64,000 nt of DNA, from the NCBI RefSeq assembly GCF_036321535.1, contig NC_087437.1:1612001-1676000 (forward strand), written 5' to 3'. This DNA is from Camelus dromedarius. Lineage: Eukaryota. The notes beneath the pieces were generated by a model. That model was not told where the DNA came from. It did not search any database and was given only the letters and a program-made list of their open reading frames with translations. A program made the position numbers and the translations under genes. The stretch's first letter is position 1; each line of letters starts with the position of its first letter. Shown piece by piece: positions 49,437-61,679 of the stretch.

Positions 49437-51953
49437 CAGGGGCTTTTGATTATCCTGCAACCCATGCAGATCCTATAACTTGGAAATCTGATGAGCCTGT
49501 ATGGGTTGATCAATGGCCCCTTTCAAAAGAAAAAATCGAGGCCACGGAACAGTTGGTGCAGGAACAACTTGATCGTGGCCATATAGCCCCCTCTAACTCT
49601 CCTTGGAATTCCCCAATATTTTTTATAAAGAAAAAATCAGGAAAATGGCGGCTATTACAGGATTTATGAAAAGTAAATGAAACTATGGAACTTATGGGAG
49701 CATTGCAGCCTGGGCTGCCCTCGCCCATGGCTATACCTGATAATACTTATAAAATTATTATTGATTTAAAACATTGCTTCTATACCATTCCTCTTGCACC
49801 TTCAGATTGCAAGGGTTTCGCTTTTAGCATTCCCTCTAATAATTTTACAGAACCAATGAGACGATAACATTGGTTGGCCTTACCTCAAGGTATGGCAAAT
49901 AGTCCTACATTATGTCAAAAATTTGTGGCACAAGTGTTACAGGCTTTTCGACGGGAATGTCCCTCAATTTATTTGATACATTATATGGATGATATCCTTT
50001 TGGCTCATACGAATGAAGAATATCTATTATCTGTTTTTGGAATTCTGACTGAAAAATTGTCTAAAAAAGGACTAATAGTAGCCTCCGAGAAAATACAAAA
50101 ATTTCCTCCCTTTTCTTATCTTGGCTTTCGATTGTTTAGCCGACATTTTCAAACACAAAAAATTGAAATCAGAAAAGACTGCTTAAAAACCTTGAATGAT
50201 TTTCAAAAATTATTAGGTGATATAAATTGGATATGACCATATTTGAAATTTACTACTGGTATGTTGAAACCTTTATTTGACACTTTAAAAGGAGACCCTG
50301 ATCCCAATTCGTCTCGTGTACTTACTATGGAAGCTAGACAAGCTCTATCTCTTGTGGAAACTGCTATTTCTCAGCAACAAATCAGATATTGTGACTATAA
50401 CAGAGACTGGGGACTATTTATTTTGCCCACTGCTCATACACCTACGGCAGTGTTATATCAAGATACTCCACTTTTGTAGATTCATTTAAATGCATCTCCC
50501 TCAAAAGCCTTGGCCCCTTATCCTGATTTAGTTGCTACCTTAATTGCCACAGGACGTAAAGATTCTCTCTCTTATTTAGAAAAGATCCTGCTCTCATTTG
50601 TGTTCCTTATACTCAACAACAGCAGGATTGGCTTTTTCAATTTAATGATTACTGGACACTTCCTTTGGCTCACTATGCTAGAAAAATCAGTAATCATTAC
50701 CTAGCAGATAAAATTTACAATTTGCAATGTTACATGCCTTTGTATTTCCAAAAATTACTCAATCTCATCCTATTGTAGGAGCTCTTACAGTTTTTACCGA
50801 TGGCTCTTCTAATGGTGTTGCTGCTTATAAAATTGGAACCCAACTTATTTCTTGGAACACTTCTGTTTCTTCTGCACAAACAGTAGAATTACTTGCCTTA
50901 CAAGCTGCTTTGATTGCCACATCTGCCTCTCCCATTAACCTTTTTTCAGATAGTCAATATATAGTTCGAGCTTTAAATGTTCTGGAAACTGTTCCATTTG
51001 TAGGCACCCTTAATTCCTTAGTTTGTAATCTTTTCCTTAACATTCAGCAGCTTCTCCAATCCAGACAATTTCCATGCTATTTTGGTCATTTACGAGCCCA
51101 TTCTAACTTGCCTGGACCCCTAGCCGAAGGCAATGCAGCTGTAGATGCAGCTACCAGAATTTTTCTTACTCAAGAACAACTTGCTGTACAATCTCATCAC
51201 CTACATCACCAAAATAGTAACAGTCTGAGACTCCAGTTTAAGATCCCTCGCGAAGCTGCTTGCCAAATCGTGAGAAGTTGTCCTACTTGTCCTCAAATTA
51301 TTTCTATTCCCCAGTATGGAGTCAACCCTAGGGGAATTCTCCCAAATCATTTATGGCAGATTGATGTTACCCATATTCGGGAATTTAAAAATACTCCTTA
51401 TGTTCATGTAACTATTGATAACTATTCAGGTTTTCTTCATGCTACTTTACAAACTGGTGAAGCTAGTAAACACTGTATAGCTCATTGCTTACGGTGCTTC
51501 GCTGTCATGGGACTCCCAAAAACCATAAAAACTGATAATGGCCCAGGCTATACAGGAAAGGCCTTCCAAACTTTTTGTGGCCAATTGGGTATATGTCATA
51601 AAACTGGAATTCTCTATAATCCACAAGAACAAGGCATAGTAGAACGCAGCCATCAAACCCTTAAGAATCAACTATTTAAAATTAAGAAGGGGGAATTATA
51701 TCCAGGAACCCCCCAGAATTATCTCAACCATGTTCTTTTTATTTTAAATTTTTTACAATTAGACTCAGAGGGTGCATCCACTGCACAAAGGCTTTGGAAT
51801 CATGATAATAATTTTAAGCAGAAGCCCTTGGTGCGATGGAAGGATCCCTTAACAGGGGTATGGAAGGGACCCGACCCCGTACTAATACGGGGTCGAGGCC
51901 ATGTTTGTGTTTTTCCACAGGATGCCGAAGGATCACGCTGGCTGCCGGAAAGG
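49430..51953 (+). pseudogene. pol: pol: RT (disrupted), RNase H, integrase
   Basis: [43 protein letters not shown] zinc finger, WQIDVTH/KTDNGP/IVERSHQ (DDE), WKDPLTGVWKGPD. In-frame stops in RT and the tether region. Confidence 0.95.
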
Positions 51954-52930
51954 ATAATAAGCTCAGGAGGCGGAGATCCGCTCGATATCAAGAAGATTTC
52001 TATCAAATCTGGGACGAGTACTTTTGGATGACACCCGAAAATGGACATTTGGTCACGGCGGCACCTATTTGTTGGAAGCAAAGAGAACAAAAGACTGGAT
52101 TTGGGAATCAGCCCTTGAGGAGCACTGACTTAAAGCCTATGGGACATATATCTCCATCTTTGTGTAAACAAATTATTGATGTAACATACTCTTTAAATAA
52201 GTCTGTATTTTGGCCAGGATCTGATTGGCTTAATAATCCAGGAATACGTTGAGTGGCCCCTAATGGAACAAAATGGGTTTGTGGAAGTTATCTTTGGCCT
52301 TGGCTCCCCATAGGATGGGTGGGTCGTTGTACCCTCGGGTTTGTATTTGCTCCTGGAAGAATTAGACAAACTATTTCTGGTACTCCGGCTAATCTCCCTT
52401 ATTTGCATGCTAGGTGGTCTTGAGCTGTTTTTAAATGGTATGATTATCTTGCCACAACATTTATACCTTCGCTTGGAAGTTTAGACATCATGTTAAAGGT
52501 TGATGCGCTTACAAATTTTACTCAACAAGCGCTGCTGGATGCAAAAAAGGCTATAGAAGATTTAAATGAAGAACAAAAACAAATCAGAAAGGCAGTGTTA
52601 CAAAATCGAATGGCTTTAGACATAATTACTGCAGCTCAGGGAGGAACTTGTGCTATAATTAAGGTAGAATGTTGTGTTTTTATCCTGGATATGTCAGGAA
52701 ATGTATCTCAGGCTGTCGAAGATATTCAGAAGCAAGTAGTTGCTATGGCTGTTCCTGAGTCTTCTATTCTAAGTAAAATTTTATCTTGGTTTAGAAGTGA
52801 TTGGTGGAAAAATCTAATACTGATATGTGCTATATTCCTATTAATCTTGTGCTGTGGACCATGTGTCTTTCAAGCACTTACAAATTTTGTTACTCAAAGA
52901 TTAATGATGTTCTCCAGGATTACAAAATGA
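51954..52930 (+). pseudogene. env: env remnant, gamma-type TM, 5' part of SU missing, two in-frame stops
   Basis: One frame reads ...APNGTKWVCGSYLWPWLPIGWVGRCTLG...ARWS*AVF (degenerate furin site)...LQNRMALDIITAAQGGTCAIIKVECC (ISD + CX6CC), then a TM helix LILICAIFLLILCCGPC. Stops at 52250 and 52421. Confidence 0.9.
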
Positions 52931-52982
52931 AAATCGTGAAATTAAAGATTTCCCTGACAAGGAACAAAAACCAGAATGTTTA

Positions 52983-53000
52983 GAAAAAGAAAGGGGGAGA
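52983..53000 (+). promoter_or_regulatory. Polypurine tract
   Basis: gaaaaagaaagggggaga immediately before the 3' LTR TG. Confidence 0.9.
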
Positions 53001-53482
53001 TGCGGGGAGCTGCCTCAAAGACTGAGGGTCGAGCACTCAGGAGTTAACAACCCTGTTTGCAAGACATAGCCCTGGGAGACTTGCTCTGCAAAGATTCCCT
53101 GTCCCGCCACCCCACCTTAAAGATTGTAGATTAACAGGTGTTTGCCCTGGAAGAGGATCTGGACTTTGTTCCTTGCCCAAGGAAAACAAGATAAGGAAAG
53201 CTTGACATCTTAACTTTATGACTACAATAAATATGTCCAAAAGAGCATTGTAAAAGATCTTGAGGCACACTATGTAATCCTCCTTGGTATGCAATGTTTT
53301 TTCTTCCTAAGCATTATAAAAAGAATTGCTGAACAAACCGCCTCGGCGGTGTCAGGTCTCTGCCTCGGCAGGCTGCAAGACCTGTCCCTCTCGATCCCAT
53401 TCTTTGTGTGTGTTCTGTTCTTTTTTCCTAGTTGTGGCGACCGCGTCTTCAGACCTGTTCATTTTGCCGGCAGGCTCCGGCA
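53001..53482 (+). mobile_element. 3' LTR (482 bp)
   Basis: tgcggggagc...gctccggca, homologous to 46101-46582. Confidence 0.95.
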
Positions 53483-53489
53483 GTGTATT

Positions 53490-53745
53490 AAGTTTGTCTA
53501 TCTATTATCTAATAGAGGAGGAGATTAGTGTGTCTCTCTACCTACTTAATTGAGGAGTAGGAGGAGGCTAGTGTGTGTGTGTGTGTGTGTGTCTGTCTGT
53601 CTGTCTGTCTATGTATGTATCTGTCTACCTATATAATGAATGAGGAGGAGGAGGTTAGGATATACGGCTGTTTCTCAATGGATGAAGAGGCTAGTGTGTC
53701 TGTCTGTCTATTTATTTGTCTGTCTGTCTGTCTAATTGGAGGAAG
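53490..53745. repeat. Composite micro/minisatellite: (GT)n/(CTGT)n tracts separated by a repeated taat..gaggaggag..tagtgtgt motif
   Basis: Directly visible; about four degenerate iterations. Confidence 0.8.
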
Positions 53746-53791
53746 CCTCCCAGGATTCGACCCACCTGGAGGGATACCAATTGCCACCCTG

Positions 53792-53810
53792 AAGCAGCAG
53801 AGGGCGCCCT
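53792..53810 (+). promoter_or_regulatory. CTCF motif in a small GC-rich patch outside the array
   Basis: aaGCAGCAGAGGGCGCCct; GC boxes ccgcccccgcccc at ~53896-53908. Confidence 0.7.
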
Positions 53811-54099
53811 CATTGCAGGCCGAGGGGGACACTGGATAGAAATCCGCAGGCTTGCCTGGGCAGCCCGTGCCTCCCGCTTCCGCCCTCTCTGCAGCCGCCC
53901 CCGCCCCCTCCTCCTGACCACACTGCACCTGCCTGCAGGGAGCTGACTGACCTGGAGATGTGCTTCTGGTGAACTTGGGCCGGTTGAGGATGCACGCAGG
54001 CCAGGCATTCATGGAGATTGGAGCAAAATGACCACCTCACCGGGGCAGGCCCCTTGGTCCCTGTGCCGCTGGCTGTTCTTGTTGTTATATATTTAAGAG

Positions 54100-54520
54100 T
54101 TTCTATGTGTCAAGAATCCAGGCGTTGCTTAGTTGAGTCCTGCTTCAGTGTCTGTCATGAGGTTGTAACTAAGGTGTCACCCAGGGCTGTGGTCTTCTGT
54201 GAGCACTCAACTTGGGACGTGTACATCTCCAAGCTTACATCATTGTTGACAGGGTTTAGTTCCTCTAGGCCTGTTGGACTGAGGGCCCAAAACGGCTTCT
54301 CGCTTGGTCAACGTGTGTAAGTCAAGAATGCATTAGAAAGTCTAACTAAGATGCAAACCACAGTTTTATGATATATAATCATAAAAGTTATAACCGCTCA
54401 CTTTTGCCATAGTCTATGGATTAGGTCCCACCCACACTCATAAAGTCAAGGCGTTACACAAATTCATGAATGTCAAAAGGCAAGAGTAATTGGTGGTTAT
54501 TTTTAAACTTGTAACTACAA
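54100..54520 (-). mobile_element. MLT1-type (ERVL-MaLR) solo LTR
   Basis: aaggtgtc...agggctg...tccaagct.ac...gttcct....ctgttggactgagggcc...ggtcccacccacactca resembles antisense MLT1. Confidence 0.7.
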
Positions 54521-54619
54521 CTGCCCTTCCCACCTGTGTTTCTCCCACATCTGGGTTAGGAACTACCTTTGTATGCATTAAACTCACCCAGTTATTGGGT
54601 ATATCAATCACATTATAAT

Positions 54620-54835
54620 TATACATATTTTTCCCTGCTAGCATATGAACTCCATGAGGACAGAAATAGTCTATCTCTGTCATTTCTTTATGTTACTTCA
54701 CATAAAGTAAACTTTTATTGACTGTTTATTTGTTCCTTTGAATAGGAATCATTTATCTCTATTTTCACTGCTTAGTACATTAGCTGTTACATGGTAGACA
54801 TTCAATCCAGGTTTGTCAAAAGACTGCTTAGATGA
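54620..54835 (+). mobile_element. L2 3' end fragments
   Basis: ctag...tgaactccatgaggacag...; cttagtaca....tg.tacatggtag...ttcaat. Confidence 0.55.
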
Positions 54836-55527
54836 AAAATGTTATTATTGAGATAATTCAGAAGAATTTTATTCAGGAAAAAAGAATTTCACTGTAAATT
54901 TAACATTCAGAGTCACTCCTTAAAATACTAGTAACCAGGGTTACAAATATCCACATGTAAAGATAATAGCACAGACAGCATTAGACTGCAGGGGCAGAAA
55001 GGGATTTCCCGAAGAACAAGAGCTGTTCTGTGAATCCCATGTCTCCTGCTTCTCTGATACAGCTGCACATATTCTGGATTATGGCGAGGGCTGTTGTACA
55101 TCTCAAACCACGGGCTTAACTTCTCAGTATACACCAAGGCCAAGTAGCCATGCCCCGTGAAGCAAAAACAAATGCCATTGCTGGCATTCTGCTCTCCATT
55201 CCCTCCCATTTTCCAGGCAGGCTGCATGGCTGCAGCTTGGGCACCATCACTTCTGGAGTGGTAATGTTCCCTTGTCCCTGAAAACTAAAGACTGTACTTT
55301 CCTATAGAAATAATAGTATACATTTTGACTGGCTTCCTGTGCCATTCTACAGTATAGATCTAACTCAATAAATGGCCATATTACCTTTTTTGCATTCAAA
55401 GTTCTAGAATTCAACATTTGGCAAATTTATCTGAACTACCATATACTGTCTACATTATAGGTTAAATAGACTAGGTTGGAGCCTGGGCAATAATTGTAAA
55501 CCTCCATCTGAAATATGGTTCTCTCTG

Positions 55528-56390
55528 ATATTCATTAATTAATTCATTAATTTAATGAACTTTTATGAGGACATTCCCATGCACAGCTAGAGCATCATCA
55601 CCGTGCGGTTAGAGCCCCAGGTAGATGGCAGCGCCAGAATGAGACACATTTATACAAACTGATAATTACAATTTAATGTAGAGTTTGTGTGAGAGGAGAG
55701 GTGAGCATGCAGTGCTCTGGGGCACCAAAGAGGGACTCTGCCCAATGGAGACTTGACACTATCTTGAAGAATTAGGAAGCATTTATCCTAAATAGAAGGG
55801 TGTGCATGGCATTTTAAGTCAGAGGAATGCCACATGCAAAAGCCAGAAAGTTCTGAAAGGCATGGTGTTATTTAAAAATGACCAGAAGAAATCCAGTGGT
55901 GATAGATAATGAGAAATGATGGGAGATGCAGAAAATGGTTGTCAGAGCCTTGACTGAAAAGGTTCTATGATCAAGAGTGAAAATATTTCAAGAAGGGCTT
56001 CAGTGAAGTTTATGCGAAAGAGTGACTGGGTATGATTTGTTTTGTAGGAACTTTGGGAGCAGAAATATCCATTAGAAAGCTCCTGAAAATGTCCAAATGT
56101 GAAACAATGATAGTCTTATTTTGGCAATGGCAGCAGCAGAGTTGAAAAGGAGGATGTTCATGCAAAAGACAGTCCTGAAGTAGACATATCAGAATCTGAT
56201 GGCCAACTAGGAAGGCAGCGGCAGAGGACAGGAAGGATAACAGTGTTGGAAGAAATGGGAAAAAAGAGTAGAGGATACTGCAGAGATTTGTGTTTGAGGA
56301 GCTTAGGAAATGTGCTCGTGAAATATGAGAGAATGAGCTGAATTGGAGTGATAGATAACGAATAGGTGATGCTTGGAGTGGAATTACAGT
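55528..56390 (-). mobile_element. L2 fragment(s), antisense
   Basis: attcattaattaattcatt start followed by purine-rich L2-like sequence (gaggaat..cacatgcaaaagcc.gaaag). Confidence 0.55.
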
Positions 56391-56721
56391 TTTAAAACTT
56401 AGGAGCCTACATGATTTTCTGAAAATCTCTTCCAAGTTTCAGTATCTCCTTTTACTTTTTTCATATCTTGGGGCCCAAAGGAGTGACTGATTTTCATTTC
56501 ATTCTCAAATGTGTCTTCTAGACAATAGACACCAATCTCAATTCAGTGTTCCTTTGGAATCTAAGCAAGGCAGAATGACCATCCCTGCCTTGGGCCCCAA
56601 CTCTACTCCATGCAGACAGGTTTATTTTTGTTCGTTTTAATGAAAAGTTGTCATGACCTGTATCTTATATGATGTATGATTTTGGCACCCAGAATAAATG
56701 GATAAATGAATGAATAAATTG

Positions 56722-59700
56722 GGTTCTGGTTCAAGATGGTGGTATAGGAAAACCTTGAACTGACCTCCTCGCAGAGACATACACAATTACACCTACATAA
56801 AGAGTGATTCCTCCTGAGGAATACCTGCGGGCTGATTGAAAAGCTTCTGCCCAAGAAAAGATAGAGGGGCCACACAGAGATGGGTAGGTGAGAAAGAGCC
56901 ATGGTATCAATGGGAACCCCACCCTGAGGCTGCAACTTGTAGTGGGAAGGGATATCACTGAGGGCCCAGCATGCAGACTCATCCACCATGAGAAATAGTG
57001 GAAAAAAACAGTCATTTAAAGGGCACCTAGACTATGTGTGGAGGAAATCCATTTACTAGCCCTAGAATATCTGCCAAACAGGCAGGGAACTGCTAGAAGT
57101 CTCCTTGGGTTCAGAGGTGCTCAGGAGTACTATGTTTTGCATTCTTCCAAAACCTTGATCGTGCCAGGGGGAATATGGTCCAGGCACTCTAGCCAGCTTG
57201 CCAAGGTTACTGCAGAGTGCCCCAGGGCCCTGGCACACACCAGGTACAGCCATTCCCCCAAGGCAGCCCTGGTACAACATGCCCTTGGCTCCCCTGTCCA
57301 TACCCATTCCAGCACCATCTGTCTCACCAAGGCTGCCCCATCACAGCACACCCCAGGACCCCAGGTCCATATCTTTTCTAACTCGAGCCATTCCACCAAG
57401 GCAGCCCTGTTGCAATATGCCTGGGGCCTCTGTACAGGTTTGCACACACTCCATCTCCAGCCAGCCACAGCTGCCCAGAACATGCAGTCTACACCAGGAA
57501 TGTGCCTACATATACAATGCCATGCTTTCAAAACCAGGTGAAGTAACTATTTTGCCTAATTCATAGAAACAAACACAGAAAGTCAAACAAAATGAGGAGA
57601 CAGAGGAATATGTTCTGGGAAAAGAACAAGCTAAAACCCCAGAAAAACCCTGATGAAATGGAGATAAGCAATTTACCTGATAAAGAGTTTAAAATAATGT
57701 TCATAAAAATGCTCACCAAACTTGGGAGAATGAAGGAGAAAAGATCTTCAACAGAGTTAGAAAATATAAGAAAGAACCAATCAGACCTGAAGAATATACT
57801 AACTGAAATTAAAAACTTACTATAGAGAATCAACAGCAGAAGAGATGACACGGAAGAACAGATCAGAGTGCTGGAAGATGGGAGACAATTTTAAAAAGAT
57901 AAGAATAGTTTAAGGGACTTCTGGGCCAATAATCAGTATACTAACATTCTCATTATAGGGGTCCCAGAAAAAGAAGAGCGAGAAATGGATAGAAAACTTA
58001 TTTGAAGAATAATTCCTGAAAATTTTCCTAACCTGGGGAAGGAGACAGATATGCAGGTCAGAAGTTCAGAGTCTAAAATAAAATGAATTAAAAGGGATCA
58101 ACACCAAGGCATATAATAAAAATGGCAAAAGTTAAAGAGAGAATTTTAAAGGCAGCAAGAGAAAAGCAGAGAGTCACATATAGGGGGCCCCCATTAAGTT
58201 ACCATCTAAATTTTTAGCAGAAATTTTGCAGGACAGAAGGGAGTGACATGGTGTGTTTAAAGTGCTGAAAGGAAAACACAGTCAAGAATACTCTACCAGG
58301 TAAGACTGTCATTCAGAACCGAAGGAGAGAGAGAGCACTTCCCAGACAAGCAAAAAGTAGAGGAGTTCATCACCACTAAAGCAGCCTTATAAGAAAAGTT
58401 AAAGGATCTTAAGTGGAAAAGAAAAGGCCATAACTAGAAATAAGAAAAAAAAAAAAAAAACACTCACTGGCAAAGGCAAATATATAGCAAAGGCAGTGAT
58501 CACCACGTTCAGCATGAAGACTAAAAGACAAAAGCAATAAAATCACTGATACTTACAATAAGTAGCTAAGGGATGCACAAAATAAAAGATGTAAATATAA
58601 CATCAAGAACATAAGATCTGGGGAAGGAGGTAAAAATGTAGTACTTTTAGAAGGCATTTGAATTAAGCGACTATCAGCTTATTAAATTAAGTGCTATATG
58701 AATAGGTTGATATTCACGGACCTCATGGTAACCACAAACTAAAATGTACAATAGATACATGACAAATAACACTAAAGGGATTTGTCAAACCATAAGGGAC
58801 GCGATCAAGAGAAAAGAGAGTGGGCCCAAATAAAATCAGAAGTGAAAGAGAAGTTAAAACTGAGCACAGAAATGCAAACAATCATAGGAAACTACTGTGA
58901 ACAATTATACACCAATTTTTCCAAAGAAGACATACTGATGGCCAGTAGGCACATGAAAAGATGCTCAATATCACTTCAACAGGGAAATGCAAATCAAAAC
59001 CATAATGAGATGCTACCTTACATCTGTCAGACTGGCTTGTATCAAAAAAACAAACAAAAAAACAAAAAAACAAGAAATAACAGGTACTGGTGTGGATGCG
59101 GTGAAAAGGGAACACTTGTGCATGGCTGGTGGGAAGATAAATTGGTATAGCCCCTACAGAAAATCATATGGAGGTTCCTCAAAAAATTAAAAGTAGGACT
59201 ACCATACATTCAGCAATTTCACTCCCGGGTTTTTATCCAAAAGGAACAGAAACTCTAACTTGAAAAGATACATCCACTTCATTGTTCATTGCAGCATTAT
59301 TTACAATAGCCAAGATATGGAAGTCGCCCAAGTGCTCATTGGTAGATGAGTAAAGAAGATGTGGTGTATAAATCTACAATAGACTATTACTCAGCTCTAA
59401 AAAGAATGAGGTCTTGCCTTGGCAGCAGCATGGATGAACCTAGAGGATATTATGCTAAGTGAAATAAGCCAGACAAAGACAAATACTTTATGATTTCACT
59501 CATATGTGAAATCTAAATAACAAATGAACAAATATGACAAAACGGAAACAGATTCATAGACTCAGAGAAAAAACTGGTGACTGCTAGAGGGTGGGGCATG
59601 GGGTGGATGAAAACGATGAAAAGGATTAAGAGGTACAAATTTTCAGTTATAAAATAAGTCAACAGGATATAATGCACAGCACAGAGAGTATAGCCAGTAA

Positions 59701-59850
59701 TATTGTAGTAATTTTGTACAGTGACCAATGGTAACTACACTTATTGCTGTGATCATTCCATAATGTGTAAAAATATCCAGCCACTGTGTTGTGCCTTGAT
59801 ACTTATATATATTGTAAGTCAATTATACTTCAGTTAACAAAAAAGAAGAA
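56722..59850 (+). mobile_element. L1 with 5'UTR, ORF1 remnant and 3' end, but most of ORF2 deleted (~3.1 kb)
   Basis: ttcaagatggtgg 5'UTR start; ORF1-like MRRQRNMF...EMEISNLPDKEFKIMFIKML. ORF2 pieces IKSE...YCEQLYTN fused to FSKEDILMASRHMKRCS. 3'UTR and A tail; candidate TSD aataaattg/aataaactg. Confidence 0.9.
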
Positions 59851-60559
59851 ATAAACTGCCGTGTTTGCCATCATTCCTAGTCTTTTAATTCAGTATCAGT
59901 AAGGAATAAACTGGAGAAGTAAAACAGTAGCAATATAGATGTATGTTTTGTTTTTATATTACAAATCAAAGGCTTGCTTACAGGGAATTAGCTTGTGGGG
60001 CTGGATAAGCAGTTTCTGCCAGGCCGTCTCTGCGCCTGGTGCTGGCCTGACGTTCAGAGGGCGGGCAGTTGGGAAGCGACAGTCACCAAGCAGACTAGAA
60101 TCACATGAGGATGCGCTGGAACCTCATAAGGATGGATGGAAATCCATGTTCGTTCTTGCTGCTTCTGACTTGGTGATGTGGGTAATCTGCAGAAGATGAG
60201 ACCCTTCGTCACAGAGCCAAACACACACACCTGATCCAGGCATTGCTTCATACAAGTGAGGTCCGTTCCCAGAATGGCTTTGAAACCTTTTTTAAATACA
60301 ACTTGGACATCAAGTTCTACGGTTTTTGTTACTTTCACACAAGCTAGAGGAGCAGCCCCATGTCCTTCAATCACACTCACTTGGTTCTTTCCTAATCTTG
60401 GGTAAGCCTCAGAAAGCTTAGCTCTGTCGGTGACGGGACATCACTGCATCAGCTGTGCTCCTGAGCATTTATGCCGCCCAGACTGCACTGGCTCTTCACT
60501 GCTCGTTTTCTACTTGTTTATTACTTCACGCTGATGACTTGCTACTGTGTCTTCTCTGA

Positions 60560-61150
60560 GCATTTTTCATACTTCTCAAGCTCTCAAATTTAGCCTCAAT
60601 CTTCTAACATGGACTATAACATTATCTCTTCTGTCTCGGAGAACATAAGAAATAAAATCAAGTGAAATTCCTGAATTTCTTTTCCTTCTCTGTGGCCTCA
60701 GAGAAAAAGTATCTGAATCCTCTCCTAGGCAAGTTACTTTCCTAAAACTAATGATGGGACTTCACTACCTCAACAATCTCTTCTTCCTTTTGAATCTTTT
60801 CTCTCTTCCCCTCCACTAAACTTATATACATGTTCACATCATCCATTTTCTTAAAAATGTATCTTGAGTCCCACCCCTATTCCTTTTTTAAACCAGCTTC
60901 CACCACAACCACCCTATGAAAAGTCCTAAAAACAAATAACCTCTTAACTGGTAAATGTAACAGCCTCTTTCCTGCTGTCATTCTCCCTGGCCTTTCTGTA
61001 ACCTGTGGCCAAGTTTCCATCTTAATGCTGTCATCTTTGATCACTCCCCAGTCTCCTTTGTCATCTCCTCCTTCTTTCCTGGCTCCTAAATGTAGGATTC
61101 TCTCAAGATGATCAATATTCTTTCCTTGGCCTACTTACTCTAAGCTGTTC
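60560..61150 (+). mobile_element. L2 internal fragment
   Basis: Pyrimidine-rich; cttccaccacaacc...aataacctc....tg.taaat..aa...cctcttt...ctaaatgtagga.t.tctcaag. Confidence 0.5.
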
Positions 61151-61194
61151 CTTTTGTGATCCCTTAAGAATTCAAAGGATTCCTTTATGTGAAT

Positions 61195-61495
61195 AATTGT
61201 CCAACAAAGATATAATTCAAGCCACATATGTGACTTTAATTTTCCTAGTAGCCACCACAGAAAAAGTAAAAGAAACATTAATTTATCATACTTTAATTGA
61301 ATATACCCATGATACATTTTAACATGTAATCAATTAAAAATTACTAATGAAATATTTTACATCCTTCATTTGTAACATGTCTGTCAATATCCATTGTGTA
61401 CCTTACACTTAGAGCACGTCTCAGTTGGTACTGGTCTTATTTCAAGCACTCACTAGTCTCATGAAGCTAGTAGCCACTGTCTTGGGTGTTCCAAC
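61195..61495. mobile_element. MER33-like hAT-Charlie DNA transposon
   Basis: tgtccaa..aa.atataat.c.agccacatatgt...ctagtagccac...aacatgtaatcaat...ttacactta.agcac.tctca...tttcaag..ctca.tag. Confidence 0.8.
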
Positions 61496-61679
61496 TCTGG
61501 AATCTACAAACCTGTCCTGAATTCTGAGTTCCACAGCTGGAATCCAACTGCTACTAAGATCTAACATTCATCCTCTTGTATAATCTGTCACTCATAGTGG
61601 TAGCAATTATCTGTAAAAATATGAGACAAAGATTTTACCCCATTACTCACATATCTTTATGGCTTTCTACTTGCCGAAT

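Larger units (their letters stand above)
46101..53482 (+). mobile_element. Endogenous betaretrovirus (class II, ERVK-type) provirus, defective, 7.38 kb
   Basis: Order is LTR-PBS-gag-pro(dUTPase)-pol-env-PPT-LTR, with TG...CA LTR termini and multiple stops and frameshifts. Confidence 0.97.

Noticed and set aside
50727..52031. Functional RNase H-integrase gene (434 aa ORF)
   Set aside because: The upstream pol frame has stops and frameshifts, and the C-terminus runs into out-of-frame env. An open stretch of this size is expected in a moderately aged provirus.
52490..52930. Domesticated syncytin-like env gene
   Set aside because: No signal peptide, 5' SU deleted, stops at 52250 and in the furin site at 52421; only a TM fragment is open.
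53738..53780. tRNA or Pol III B-box-like ggattcgaccc
   Set aside because: No A-box at suitable spacing and no cloverleaf can be drawn.
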